A stretch of DNA of 64,000 nucleotides from an uncultured Acidobacteriota bacterium. Its GTDB lineage: Bacteria > Acidobacteriota > Vicinamibacteria > Vicinamibacterales > 2-12-FULL-66-21. Numbering within the stretch: position 1 is the stretch's first letter; every line of letters begins with the position of its first letter. The translations under genes and the position numbers were made by a program. The notes under the pieces were generated by a model that did not search any database, was not told the origin of the DNA, and was given only the letters and a program-made list of their open reading frames with translations. Positions 54,299 through 63,499 of the stretch are shown here, piece after piece. The stretch lies in NCBI GenBank assembly GCA_963839705.1, contig CAWIWL010000021.1, forward strand, positions 221,072 to 285,071. The letters run 5' to 3'.

Positions 54299-54357
54299 AC
54301 TTGGCTCCAGATGCTTCCTCGCAGAACCCTGAAGGCTTCGACTCTTTGCAACGAGGC

Positions 54358-55128
54358 TCAGGCGCCCACGGCCGAAATGGCCGTGACCCCGCCGTCGATC
54401 AGGAAGTCTGCCCCGACGACGTACGCAGAATCGTCCGACGCGAGGTAAACTGCCAGCTTCGCGATTTCCAACGGATCGGCGATCCGCTTGCTTGGATTGT
54501 TGGTTCCGAGGACCCCCTTAACTACCTCGCCCTGCTCTTCGCCTGGGAAGCGACCGAACATCGCTGTGTCCGTCGGGCCTGGGCTTAGCGTATTCACGCG
54601 AATCCCGCGGTCCACGAGTTCGGCGCTGAGGATTCGAGCGAGATGGACGACCGCGGCCTTGCAGGTCGAGACGGTCGAGGTGGTCGGCCACCCCTTGCGC
54701 GCGCCAACGGACGCATTGATGATGACAGACGAGCCTCGCCTGAGTAGCGGCAAGGCCTTTTGAATCGTGAAGTAAACTCCTTTGAAATTGACGGCTATCA
54801 CCTTGTCGAAGCTTTCCTCCGTCACGTCTTCGAACAACAGGAACTCGCTGTAACCTGCGTTTACGAAGATGCCGTCCAGGTGCCCGAACTCCCGCCTGAT
54901 CGTGGCGAACATCGTGTCGAGGTCTCGGAGATTGCTGACGTCCGCGCGAAGGGCGAGACCGCGGGGCCCAAGCGTCTCCTTCGTCGCCTGCAGCGTCCTC
55001 TCATTCAAACCGCAGATGGCGACGCGCGCGCCCTCTCTGTCGAATTCCTGCGCTGTGGCCTGCCCGATCCCGCTGTTGCCGCCGGTGATCAGGATATTCT
55101 TGTCTGCTAGCCTCTGCATTGTCGTCAC
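54358..55128 (-). CDS. short-chain dehydrogenase/reductase (SDR)
   Basis: NILITGGNSGIGQATAQEF, FVNAGY, and TCKAAVVHL (Y/K box variant). Confidence 0.8.
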   Translation of the reverse strand: MTTMQRLADKNILITGGNSGIGQATAQEFDREGARVAICGLNERTLQATKETLGPRGLALRADVSNLRDLDTMFATIRREFGHLDGIFVNAGYSEFLLFEDVTEESFDKVIAVNFKGVYFTIQKALPLLRRGSSVIINASVGARKGWPTTSTVSTCKAAVVHLARILSAELVDRGIRVNTLSPGPTDTAMFGRFPGEEQGEVVKGVLGTNNPSKRIADPLEIAKLAVYLASDDSAYVVGADFLIDGGVTAISAVGA

Positions 55129-55641
55129 TCCTTGAGATCAAACATGTCCGTGTCGGTTACAGTTTCTGGCAACATTCGAGTGTCGATCGTCGAATTCCTC
55201 GTACGGAATGCCCGGTCATATGGTCCAGACTCATTTGGCGATCTGCAATGCGTTGGGGGCAACTCCGGGTTCGTTGAGACATCACACCCAGAGCCGCTGA
55301 TCTCTCCGTAATCCATGCGCTTGTCTACTCGTCCTGCGCGCGCACGTTGAGTGAACTGAAAGCGCCGCTTTGGCTGGGATCGTTTTCCTCCAGAGGTCGC
55401 TCCAGAGGCGCAGCCCGGCTCGCCGATTCGGCCTGTTCTTTCACCCGACGGAGTTGGTGGCCCCAGAAACGTTGAAAGATCTTCTCGCAGTGAGCCGCCG
55501 CCTGCTCGCGCGTCACTCTCACGGATGCCCCCCTTGCTCACCGCGTTCACCGGCCATCGTCTCAGGCAGCGGACACTCTTGCGAGCGATATCGTGCTCGA
55601 TCCGCCGTGTTGCGTTCGCCTCGCATGGCGGTCCGCAGGGC

Positions 55642-57198
55642 CTACGGAATCTTCAGGTAAGTTCGCCAATTGCTCGCTGCCTCTCCGAGGGCCCTCGCGA
55701 ACGCAAGTTTGGCCACGTTGTGTGCCAGAACGCTGTTGATCACATCGAGTTGAGCCGTGGCCACTGCTTCCTGCGCTTGCACGAGTGCCACGTTGTCGGA
55801 GACGCCGGCCTGCAATTTCTGACGAATCAACTCGACGTTCTCATTGGCGACCTTGAGATTGTCGTCAGCGACGGACACTTGGCTACCGGCAGTTTGCATA
55901 TCCAGCACTGCACTACGGACCTCGGCTTCGACCCTGCTCATCGCGTTCTCGCGCTCGGCCGCGCGCTGTCTCAACGCGGCGTCGGCCACTTGAACGGAGC
56001 CTTCCGTTCGCCCGCCGAGCCAGAGCGGGACGCTCACGAGCGCGGACGCCGAAAACGTTCGGTGCGCGTCGTCCGCACTCGTTCCGTTGACGCCATAGTC
56101 GCCAACCAGCGTCAGCGTCGGCAGGCGTTCAGCATGTGCTGCCGTTCGCGTCAACCGTGCCGCCCTCAGCTGCGCGTCGTTGGCCTTGAGATCCTGACGC
56201 TGTTCGAGCGCAGTTTTGAGCGCGGCACCCACATCGATCGCAGACGCTGGTGAAAATCCGACGACGACGGAGACGTCAAAGCGATCATCGGCAGGTAGAC
56301 CAATCAGCCGCGCCAGGTTGATCTTCTGCTTCGCCAGGTCGTTTCGAAGGGTCTCCAGCCGTTGACGCTCGGTGAGCATCTGAATCCGACTGCGGTTGAC
56401 GTCAGTCTGCGCCAGCACGCCTACGTCGTGTTGCTGTGAGGCCTGCTGAAAGAGGGCGGTCGCCGTATCAAGTTGGGCCTGTTCCGCTGCGACCCGCTCC
56501 TTCGCTGCGGACACCTGGAGGTAGGAGGCGCCAACCGCGAGGACGACGAGATCGCGAGCGTCCTTCATGACATGTTCGTCGGCGCGGACGATCTCTTTTG
56601 CCGACTGATAGTTTCGCCAGGCGGTCAGGTCCAAGACGGTCTGGGTCACACGGGCCCTGAGGTCAAAGTAGTTGTACGGGCCGACGACGGCCGGAATCGG
56701 TACGCCTCCGAAGGTGTTGGCCTGCAACCCCAGAACGGCCAGGTTTAGTTGCAACCTCGTTTCGCTCGCGGTGGCGCCGATGTGAGGCAGCAGTTCGCTT
56801 CGTGCGATTGTGGCTTGCCCCTGCGCCTGCCGAATCGCCTGCGCAATGCCCTCCGCGCCGAGATTGAAGTCGAGGCCGCGATCGATCGCGTCGGCAATTC
56901 CTAGCGCTCCCGACAATGGCCGGCGCGCAGACCCGTTGACGCTCCCGGAGAACGGCCCGAGCGTTTGCGTCGTCACATTCAGCGTGTTGACGCTGGTTGT
57001 CGTGCCGGCGACGGGTGCCTGGCCCACGATAACGGCGCCACCCTGTGGTGATTCTCCAGAGAGGGGCAGTTGAGACGTGACCGCGCCTTGCGCCGGCGGG
57101 CTCGCTCCGACTTGAGCCTGGGCCGGCCGCGCGACCAGCAGCATCAGAGCGAGGCTGCCGAACGAGGCCAGCCTGTACGTTGCATCGAACCGCTTCAT
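55642..57198 (-). CDS. TolC-family outer-membrane efflux protein
   Basis: Signal MKRFDATYRLASFGSLALMLLVARPAQAQ. Two repeats of the long coiled-coil/beta pattern (LNLAVLGLQ..., PTLTLVGDYG...). The start is set at ATG 57198. Confidence 0.8.
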   Translation of the reverse strand: MKRFDATYRLASFGSLALMLLVARPAQAQVGASPPAQGAVTSQLPLSGESPQGGAVIVGQAPVAGTTTSVNTLNVTTQTLGPFSGSVNGSARRPLSGALGIADAIDRGLDFNLGAEGIAQAIRQAQGQATIARSELLPHIGATASETRLQLNLAVLGLQANTFGGVPIPAVVGPYNYFDLRARVTQTVLDLTAWRNYQSAKEIVRADEHVMKDARDLVVLAVGASYLQVSAAKERVAAEQAQLDTATALFQQASQQHDVGVLAQTDVNRSRIQMLTERQRLETLRNDLAKQKINLARLIGLPADDRFDVSVVVGFSPASAIDVGAALKTALEQRQDLKANDAQLRAARLTRTAAHAERLPTLTLVGDYGVNGTSADDAHRTFSASALVSVPLWLGGRTEGSVQVADAALRQRAAERENAMSRVEAEVRSAVLDMQTAGSQVSVADDNLKVANENVELIRQKLQAGVSDNVALVQAQEAVATAQLDVINSVLAHNVAKLAFARALGEAASNWRTYLKIP

Positions 57199-57212
57199 AA
57201 ACGGCAATCTCC

Positions 57213-58376
57213 CTATGCGAGTTGCTGGCGAAAACGCATAATGCTCAGCGTCAGAAGCGCAAGCGCAATCAGCGCGAGCGCCAGGAAATTCGGCCAGAGC
57301 GTCTCGAGTCCGCTCCCCTTCAACATGCTGCCGCGGGCAATGACGCCGAAGTGGTAGATCGGATTGACCAGCGTGGCGGGTTGCAGCCAGGCAGGCATCG
57401 CTTCGACTGGGGTCACCGCACCTGATAGGAACGCCAGCGGTGGATTGATGAAGAAGGATGCGACCTGCGCCTGGTAAGCCGATCTCGTGAAGGTGGCGAG
57501 GAATGTGCCGATGCCGATGCCGCCCAACAGGCAGAGGGCTGCGCCGGCGAACACTGGGAACACGCCGCCGTTGAACGGCACGCCAAATACCATGCGTCCG
57601 ATACCGACCGCCAGAATGACCACCATCACGCAAAGCGAGGCGAACAGCGGCGCGATTTTCGCCACGATGATTTCCGATGTCGTGGCTGGTGACATGAGCA
57701 ACTGCTCGATCGTGCCAGCCTCGCGTTCCTTCACCAGGGCCTCTGAGGCGACGAGCGTACTATTCACGATGCAAAGCAGCCCCAGCACGCCAGTGACCGT
57801 GAACCACGCGGCAAACAACCCCGGGTTATAGAGAAACGATGGTTGGAGCTCGACGCCGCCTGCCCTCGCGACTGCGCCAGCGGCGGGTTCATCGAACCGC
57901 ACATGAATGCCAGATCCGCGCACACCCTTGCCGTAAGCGGATACCACGCCCTCAGCGTACGTCTTCGCGACCGTCGCCGTATTCGCATCCATCGCATTCA
58001 GGACGAACTGCACGGTCGCCTGACGGCCCTTCTCGAGATCGCGGCTGAACTCCGCGGGAATGATGAGGCCCGCCTGCACGCGGCCGTCGGTCATGGCGTC
58101 ACTCAGCTCGCTCGGCGACAGAAACGCACCTGTCAGTCGGAAACTCCTGCTCACGCTCAAGTCGGCGATGAGCTCACGGCTCTCGCGCGTGCCCGATTGG
58201 TCGATCACGCCTAACCGCACGTTTTCGATTTTCGAATTGAGCACGAATCCGAACAGCAGTAATAGCAGGGCGGGCGGCACGATGAGGGACACGACAATTC
58301 GGGTGTCGCGCCGAATGTGGCTGAACTCTTTCCGCATGAGCGCCAGGAGCCGGGGGGTGAAGAATCCTTTCAGCAT
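57213..58376 (-). CDS. ABC-2-type transporter permease (YbhR/YbhS-like)
   Basis: N-terminal REFSHIRRDTRIVVSLIVPP helix, a large periplasmic loop, and five C-terminal TM helices. Confidence 0.8.
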   Translation of the reverse strand: MLKGFFTPRLLALMRKEFSHIRRDTRIVVSLIVPPALLLLLFGFVLNSKIENVRLGVIDQSGTRESRELIADLSVSRSFRLTGAFLSPSELSDAMTDGRVQAGLIIPAEFSRDLEKGRQATVQFVLNAMDANTATVAKTYAEGVVSAYGKGVRGSGIHVRFDEPAAGAVARAGGVELQPSFLYNPGLFAAWFTVTGVLGLLCIVNSTLVASEALVKEREAGTIEQLLMSPATTSEIIVAKIAPLFASLCVMVVILAVGIGRMVFGVPFNGGVFPVFAGAALCLLGGIGIGTFLATFTRSAYQAQVASFFINPPLAFLSGAVTPVEAMPAWLQPATLVNPIYHFGVIARGSMLKGSGLETLWPNFLALALIALALLTLSIMRFRQQLA

Positions 58377-58385
58377 GGATTGCTC

Positions 58386-59501
58386 CTACACGCTCAGCTG
58401 CATGGGGCGCAGGGTCTTCCACGCAATCGCGTAGAAGACAAGGCCGGTAAAGGCAATGATCACGATTTCCAGCCAAGTAGAGCGCCACCCGCCGCCTTGA
58501 AGAAACGCGTCGCGGACGACGGCGATGTAGTGCTTGGCCCACACGAAGTCCGAAATCCACCGGATCTGCCACGGAATGTTGTCTACAGGAAAAATCAGAC
58601 CGGAGAGCAGGAACGTCAGCATGAATCCGCCTATAGAGACCACCTGGGTCGCCAACGCGCGGACGGGGATCGCAGCCCCGGCCATCACCCCGAATGCGGC
58701 AATACAGAAGGCATAGAGCACGGTGCCCACAATGAACGGGGTGGGATCGCCAGCGAACGACGCGCCGAAGTAGACAATGAGCGTGACGAGCATCGGAATG
58801 CTCTCAGCGAGGGCGACCAGCGTAAACGCGAGCACCTTGCCGAGCAAGAATTCATGGGCAGAAATGTTTGACACATAGACCTGTAGGATCGTTTTCGTCT
58901 CGCTCTCTTTGGCCATCGCCAACGCCGCGAGGAGCGGGGCGAACAGCGACAGATTGAGCACGTACGCGCCAGGTCCGGAGTACTTCTGACTGTCGAGGCC
59001 AGGGTTGTACCAGAAGCGCGTCTCGGCTCTTACCGGAGCTGCACGTTGGGCGCGGCCGTGGGACTGGTTGTACGCCGATACGATCGAGGTCACGTATCCG
59101 GCCACAAGTGCCGCGGTGTTTGCGTCCGACCCGTCGGCGAGCAGTTGGACGGGTGCTCCGCCGCGCCGCAATATGTCGCGTTCAAAATGAGAGGGAATCA
59201 CGAGGGCGGCCCGCGCCTTGTTCAGCAGGAACGCGTCTTCAGGGCCGCGATCGGTCGGCCATGAGACCACGTGGAGTGAATTGGACGCGCGGAACGCGTC
59301 CGCGAGTTCACGCGACGTGCCGGAGCCGTCGAAGTCCTGTATCACGATCGGCAGGTGACTGACCGTCAGCGTGGTCGCCGATCCAATGACAATCAGGAGG
59401 ACGACGGGCAACGCGAGAATCAGGATCAACGCCATGCGATCGCGCGTGATCTGAATGAGTTCGATGCGCGCCTGAGCGAGGACTCGGTTCATGGGGACCA
59501 C
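58386..59501 (-). CDS. ABC-2-type transporter permease (YbhR/YbhS-like)
   Basis: It has the same architecture as its neighbour (IELIQITRDRMALILILALP...). It abuts the ATPase stop codon. Confidence 0.8.
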   Translation of the reverse strand: MVPMNRVLAQARIELIQITRDRMALILILALPVVLLIVIGSATTLTVSHLPIVIQDFDGSGTSRELADAFRASNSLHVVSWPTDRGPEDAFLLNKARAALVIPSHFERDILRRGGAPVQLLADGSDANTAALVAGYVTSIVSAYNQSHGRAQRAAPVRAETRFWYNPGLDSQKYSGPGAYVLNLSLFAPLLAALAMAKESETKTILQVYVSNISAHEFLLGKVLAFTLVALAESIPMLVTLIVYFGASFAGDPTPFIVGTVLYAFCIAAFGVMAGAAIPVRALATQVVSIGGFMLTFLLSGLIFPVDNIPWQIRWISDFVWAKHYIAVVRDAFLQGGGWRSTWLEIVIIAFTGLVFYAIAWKTLRPMQLSV

Positions 59502-61478
59502 CTAGTTGTCGAGGGCGACTTTCCCTTGTTGTCGGGCCTTCTCCACCACGCCGATGAAGACGTCCTCGAGAGAAAAGGGCACGTCTCTGGCAGAGAGCAC
59601 TCGGATGCCATGACGGGCAAGCCGCGACGTCGTTCGCTCGATCCCGCGATTCGGCGCATCGTCCGAGATGACGTGCAGCCGATCGCCAAAGAGTGAAATG
59701 CGCCAGCGATCGAGATCCTGCTTGAGCACGTCCGCGGCGAATTGAGGCTTGTCGACGGATAATTCGAGAAGGGTCCCTTCCTGCCGGCCCTTGATCTCGC
59801 CGGGTGTGCCTTCCGCGACCAGTTCGCCCGCAATCAAGAAGCCGATGCGATTGCACTGCTCGGCTTCCTCGAGATAGTGCGTGGTGACAAGGATCGCCGT
59901 GCCGAGATCGGCGAGGCGATTGATGACCGTCCAGAACGCTCGGCGGGCGAGCGGATCCACGCCGGATGTGGGCTCGTCTAGGAAGAGGATGCTGGGCTCG
60001 TGCATGATGGCGGCGCCGAGAGCGACGCGCTGCTTCCACCCCCCCGGCAGACTCCCGGTTACCAGCTTCTCCTTGCCCTCAAGTCCCGCGAACGACAGGG
60101 CCCAATGACGCTTGGCCGCGCGCTCGGAGTCAGGGACGCCATAGACGCCAGCAAAGAACGCCAGGTTTTCTTCGATGCTCAGATCGTCATACAACGAGAA
60201 TTTCTGGGACATGTACCCAAGTTGCTGGCGGACGGCCTGCGAGCGCAGGCTGCCGGTCTCCCCCGCGAGTTGCATCTGGCCGGAGGTGGGAGCGAGTAGT
60301 CCGCACAGCATCTTGATCGTGGTGGTCTTGCCGGCGCCGTTGGCGCCGAGCAGGCCGTAGACCTCGCCGTACTTGATGTGAATGTTGACGTCCTTCACAG
60401 CGGTGAAGGACCCGAAGTGCTTCGTGAGGTTCGTTGCGCCGATGGCGATGCGTCCGCGAAGGTGCCCGTGGTCATGGTCGCCGGGAAAGGCTTCCGATCG
60501 GGTGTCTTCTCCCAGGGCTCGCAGCGTAGCGACGAACGTGTTCTCGAGTGTCGGTTGGCCCACCTGAATGTGCGAGATGGCCATACCCTTGCTGCGGAAC
60601 AGGGTTTCGACGGTCGACCGCGCGACGACCGGGTCCGCGACGAGCACATCGAGGCGGTCGCCGAACCGCTGCACGTCCTTGATCCCCATCGTCTCGAGCG
60701 CTTCGCCACTCAGCAACTGCTCGGCGATGGCCAAGTCCGGAGTCCGCAGTTCCAATCGTTGAGAGCTGATGCTCTGCTTGATGTCTGCGGGCGCGCCGAC
60801 CCGGTGCAACACGCCCTGGTGCATCAGCGCCACGCGATGGCAGCGTTCGGCTTCGTCCAGATACGGTGTCGCGACTACGACCGTGAGACCATCGCCCGCG
60901 AGATGAGCGAGCACATCCCAGAACTCCCGGCGAGAGACCGGGTCGACGCCGGTCGTCGGCTCGTCAAGCAGCAACACGCGAGGCTGGGGCACCAGCGCAC
61001 AGGCCAGGGCGAGCTTTTGCTTCATGCCACCACTGAGCCGGCCAGCGAGCCTGTGCTGAAAGCGGAGCATGTCGAACATCTCGAGATAGTGAGTCATGCG
61101 GTTCGTGATGTCGCTCGGCGGCACGCTGCGCAGATCGCCGACGTACCGGATGTTTTCCTTGACGGTCAGTTCAGGGTAGAGACTGAAGGCTTGCGTGAGA
61201 TAACCGGTCTGCGACCGCATCAGCCGCGCGGGACGACCAAAGATCTCTGCGACACCAGACGAGGCCTCCATCACCCCGGCGAGGATCTGGAACGTCGTCG
61301 TTTTTCCGGCACCGTCAGGTCCGATGAGGCCGAAGATCTCACCATGGCTAATGTCGAGATCGATGCCGCGCACTGCTTGGATGTCGCCGTACTTCTTGGC
61401 TAAGCGGACGACTCGAATCGCCGCCGTCCTCGGCGACACATCGGAAGTCACCGACGAGAGAGTTGCTGTGGTCGTCAT
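59502..61478 (-). CDS. ABC transporter ATP-binding protein with two fused ATPase cassettes (YbhF-like)
   Basis: Walker A GPDGAGKTTTFQIL and GANGAGKTTTIKML. Signatures LSGGMKQKL and LPGGWKQRV. Walker B LLLDEPT and LFLDEPT. I prefer ATG 61478, which overlaps the HlyD stop (ATGA), over ORF-track start 61502. Confidence 0.85.
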   Translation of the reverse strand: MTTTATLSSVTSDVSPRTAAIRVVRLAKKYGDIQAVRGIDLDISHGEIFGLIGPDGAGKTTTFQILAGVMEASSGVAEIFGRPARLMRSQTGYLTQAFSLYPELTVKENIRYVGDLRSVPPSDITNRMTHYLEMFDMLRFQHRLAGRLSGGMKQKLALACALVPQPRVLLLDEPTTGVDPVSRREFWDVLAHLAGDGLTVVVATPYLDEAERCHRVALMHQGVLHRVGAPADIKQSISSQRLELRTPDLAIAEQLLSGEALETMGIKDVQRFGDRLDVLVADPVVARSTVETLFRSKGMAISHIQVGQPTLENTFVATLRALGEDTRSEAFPGDHDHGHLRGRIAIGATNLTKHFGSFTAVKDVNIHIKYGEVYGLLGANGAGKTTTIKMLCGLLAPTSGQMQLAGETGSLRSQAVRQQLGYMSQKFSLYDDLSIEENLAFFAGVYGVPDSERAAKRHWALSFAGLEGKEKLVTGSLPGGWKQRVALGAAIMHEPSILFLDEPTSGVDPLARRAFWTVINRLADLGTAILVTTHYLEEAEQCNRIGFLIAGELVAEGTPGEIKGRQEGTLLELSVDKPQFAADVLKQDLDRWRISLFGDRLHVISDDAPNRGIERTTSRLARHGIRVLSARDVPFSLEDVFIGVVEKARQQGKVALDN

Positions 61479-62704
61479 CGGTGCCCCCGTCGCTTCGGCC
61501 AAGTGTCGCCGCTGACGAGAACCTCGCCATCAGACGGCATGCCGGGCTTTGCGTACCCGAAGCCCTCTTTCAGTTGGAGCTTCACTCCCACGACCTGTCG
61601 GACGCGATCGTCGCGGAAGTAGGTGTTCTCGGGTGTGAAGGTGGCCTGCGGATCGATGCGAGACACGTACGCATCGAGTGCCTGAGTGATGTTCGAGTCT
61701 AGATAGACATGGGCCGCTTGCCCGATCTTGACCCTGCCGATTTCACCCTCTGGCACAAAGCCCCGAAGGTAGACCTTGGTGAGATCGAGGAGCGTCACAA
61801 TTGGCGTGCCGGCCTGAATGACCTCGCCCGGCTCGGCGGCTCGAGTAATAACGGTGCCGGCAAATGGCGCGACCACGGTCAAGTCCTGGCGATTGGCGTC
61901 GGCCTCGGCCAACTGAAACCGCGCCTGCTCCGCGCTGGCGACGCTATTTGCGATTTCCGCCTGCTGCTGGATCAACTGCCGCCGGACTGCAGCGACCTGC
62001 GACTGACGAATGCCCGGATTGGACAGACTGGCCTTGGCGGTTGTTACCGCGCCACGTGCCGCCTCGACCCGCCGCTTCGCGCCAGCGACCGCGGCCTCCT
62101 GCTGATCGGCCGTCGCAACGGCCAGACGCCCTTGGCGTTCCGAGACGGCGCCGGTCGTGACCAAATGTGTATAGGCGTCTTTGTCGAACAGAGCGAGCTT
62201 GAGCGACGCCTCCTGCCGAGCACGGTCGGCCTCGGCCGCGGTGAGATCCGCCTCGGCTTGGGCGACCCGCCCCTGCGAATCGTTCTCCGACTGGCCGAAT
62301 GCAAGCTGTGTCTGCTTTAGTTCCTCTTCGAGAACAGCCACTTGCGCCCGCGCCGACGTGGTCCTTGCCTCGGCGGCAGTCAACGCGGCCCGCGCCTGAT
62401 CGTGACGAGACTGAACCTGACGATCATCGAGCACGGCGATCACATCGCCGGCCTTAAGGTCGTCGCCCTCGCGAACGCGAATCTCCAGAATGCGGCCCGC
62501 GACCTTGGCTGCTACCGCCGAGTCATCGCCTTCGACGCGGCCGGTCAGCTCGACGATGCTGGATGGGGTGGACGGTGCAAAGAACAGTCGCCAGACCACA
62601 AGTCCGACGATCGCGAGAGCAGCAACCGCGATCAATGGCGCGATTTTCTTGCTGGACGTTGTCTGGCTGGAGTCTGACGCAAGTGCTGCTCGTTCATCTA
62701 CCAT
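61475..62704 (-). CDS. HlyD-family periplasmic adaptor (YbhG-like)
   Basis: N-terminal TM anchor, a long coiled coil (AEADLTAAEADRARQEASL...), barrel motifs VVAPFAGTVI and RPGMPSDGEV-like. Confidence 0.8.
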   Translation of the reverse strand: MVDERAALASDSSQTTSSKKIAPLIAVAALAIVGLVVWRLFFAPSTPSSIVELTGRVEGDDSAVAAKVAGRILEIRVREGDDLKAGDVIAVLDDRQVQSRHDQARAALTAAEARTTSARAQVAVLEEELKQTQLAFGQSENDSQGRVAQAEADLTAAEADRARQEASLKLALFDKDAYTHLVTTGAVSERQGRLAVATADQQEAAVAGAKRRVEAARGAVTTAKASLSNPGIRQSQVAAVRRQLIQQQAEIANSVASAEQARFQLAEADANRQDLTVVAPFAGTVITRAAEPGEVIQAGTPIVTLLDLTKVYLRGFVPEGEIGRVKIGQAAHVYLDSNITQALDAYVSRIDPQATFTPENTYFRDDRVRQVVGVKLQLKEGFGYAKPGMPSDGEVLVSGDTWPKRRGHR

Positions 62705-62740
62705 TCTGGTCTCCCAAGTCTCCCGACACCTGCGGGCGAA

Positions 62741-63229
62741 CTATCCTTTGGTCAATGCCAACCTGATCTGCCCTGCATGGAAGCCGGCGTGGGTCGTTCT
62801 CGTCTGCAGCACGGAGAGACGATTGCGCAGGGGATCTTTCGCAAAATCTTCATCTGAGACCGCGTCGTGTTTCTTCAGCCACTCTTCTGGCGGCAACGCG
62901 GCCATGGCCGCGGTCAACCGCGCATTGACCTCCGACCATGCCAGACGTACGGCCTCCGGAGCGACGCGGTCCGCCGTAACGCGATCGGCATTGGTCAAGA
63001 AGTCATCGTCGAGCTCAGGATGTAGACGTTCGCCGAGGCCCAGCAGCGGCAGCAGGCGATCATGGACCGCCGTCAAATGGCCCATCAGGTAGAAGATGCG
63101 ATTTCTCCCTGGCGCCACTTCCCGTCGCAGTTCGTCATCGTTCATCGACGAGAACATCCGGTCGAGCCGCGCGATTATGAGCTTCCATGCATGGAGTGCG
63201 GTGTTCGTGTAAAGCGCTTCGGTCGTCAC
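62741..63229 (-). CDS. DinB-family protein
   Basis: LYTNTALHAWKLIIARLDRMF... and MGHLTAVHDRLL...THAGFHAGQIRL. The GTG start at 63229 overlaps the lipoprotein stop (GTGA). The ORF-track start 63277 is the alternative. Confidence 0.65.
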   Translation of the reverse strand: MTTEALYTNTALHAWKLIIARLDRMFSSMNDDELRREVAPGRNRIFYLMGHLTAVHDRLLPLLGLGERLHPELDDDFLTNADRVTADRVAPEAVRLAWSEVNARLTAAMAALPPEEWLKKHDAVSDEDFAKDPLRNRLSVLQTRTTHAGFHAGQIRLALTKG

Positions 63230-63432
63230 ATTGCCCTGCTTTCGTGTTCTTCGATTCGAGAGTTGGTGTCGCGCCATTTGTGGCCCAGCGGCGCCAAGTC
63301 CCCGTCGCGATGCCCGCCCAGACGCGTCTCTGCGCGCCCGTCACGATCGCGACCTTGCCATCCAACACGCACAGCACACCCAGCTGTGAAGAGCACGGAC
63401 GCCGCAAACAAGGCCAGCGTAACACTATTCAT
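63226..63432 (-). CDS. small lipoprotein (68 aa), hypothetical
   Basis: MNSVTLALFAASVLFTAGC is a lipobox-type signal, followed by an Arg/Asp/Gly-rich tail. Confidence 0.45.
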   Translation of the reverse strand: MNSVTLALFAASVLFTAGCAVRVGWQGRDRDGRAETRLGGHRDGDLAPLGHKWRDTNSRIEEHESRAM

Positions 63433-63467
63433 GACGACTGTCATCAATAATATATGACGACAGTCAT
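63431..63467 (-). promoter_or_regulatory. pair of ATGAC-N4-GTCAT palindromes in the promoter of the lipoprotein-DinB-efflux operon
   Basis: ATGACGACTGTCAT (63431-63444, overlapping the start codon) and ATGACGACAGTCAT (63454-63467). On the minus strand, TTGTAT-17-TATTAT places one palindrome in the spacer and the other over the transcript start. Confidence 0.5.
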
Positions 63468-63499
63468 GAATACAACGGTGCGCTGGCGAGGTCGTCCTA

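Noticed and set aside
55325-55522. The 65-codon ORF (MRVTREQAAAHCEKIFQRFWGHQ...) as an intact TetR-family regulator
   Set aside because: Only the first roughly 14 residues resemble TetR N-termini. No helix-turn-helix or ligand domain follows, and the ORF is far too short. I treat it as a gene stump or duplicated 5' segment (see findings).
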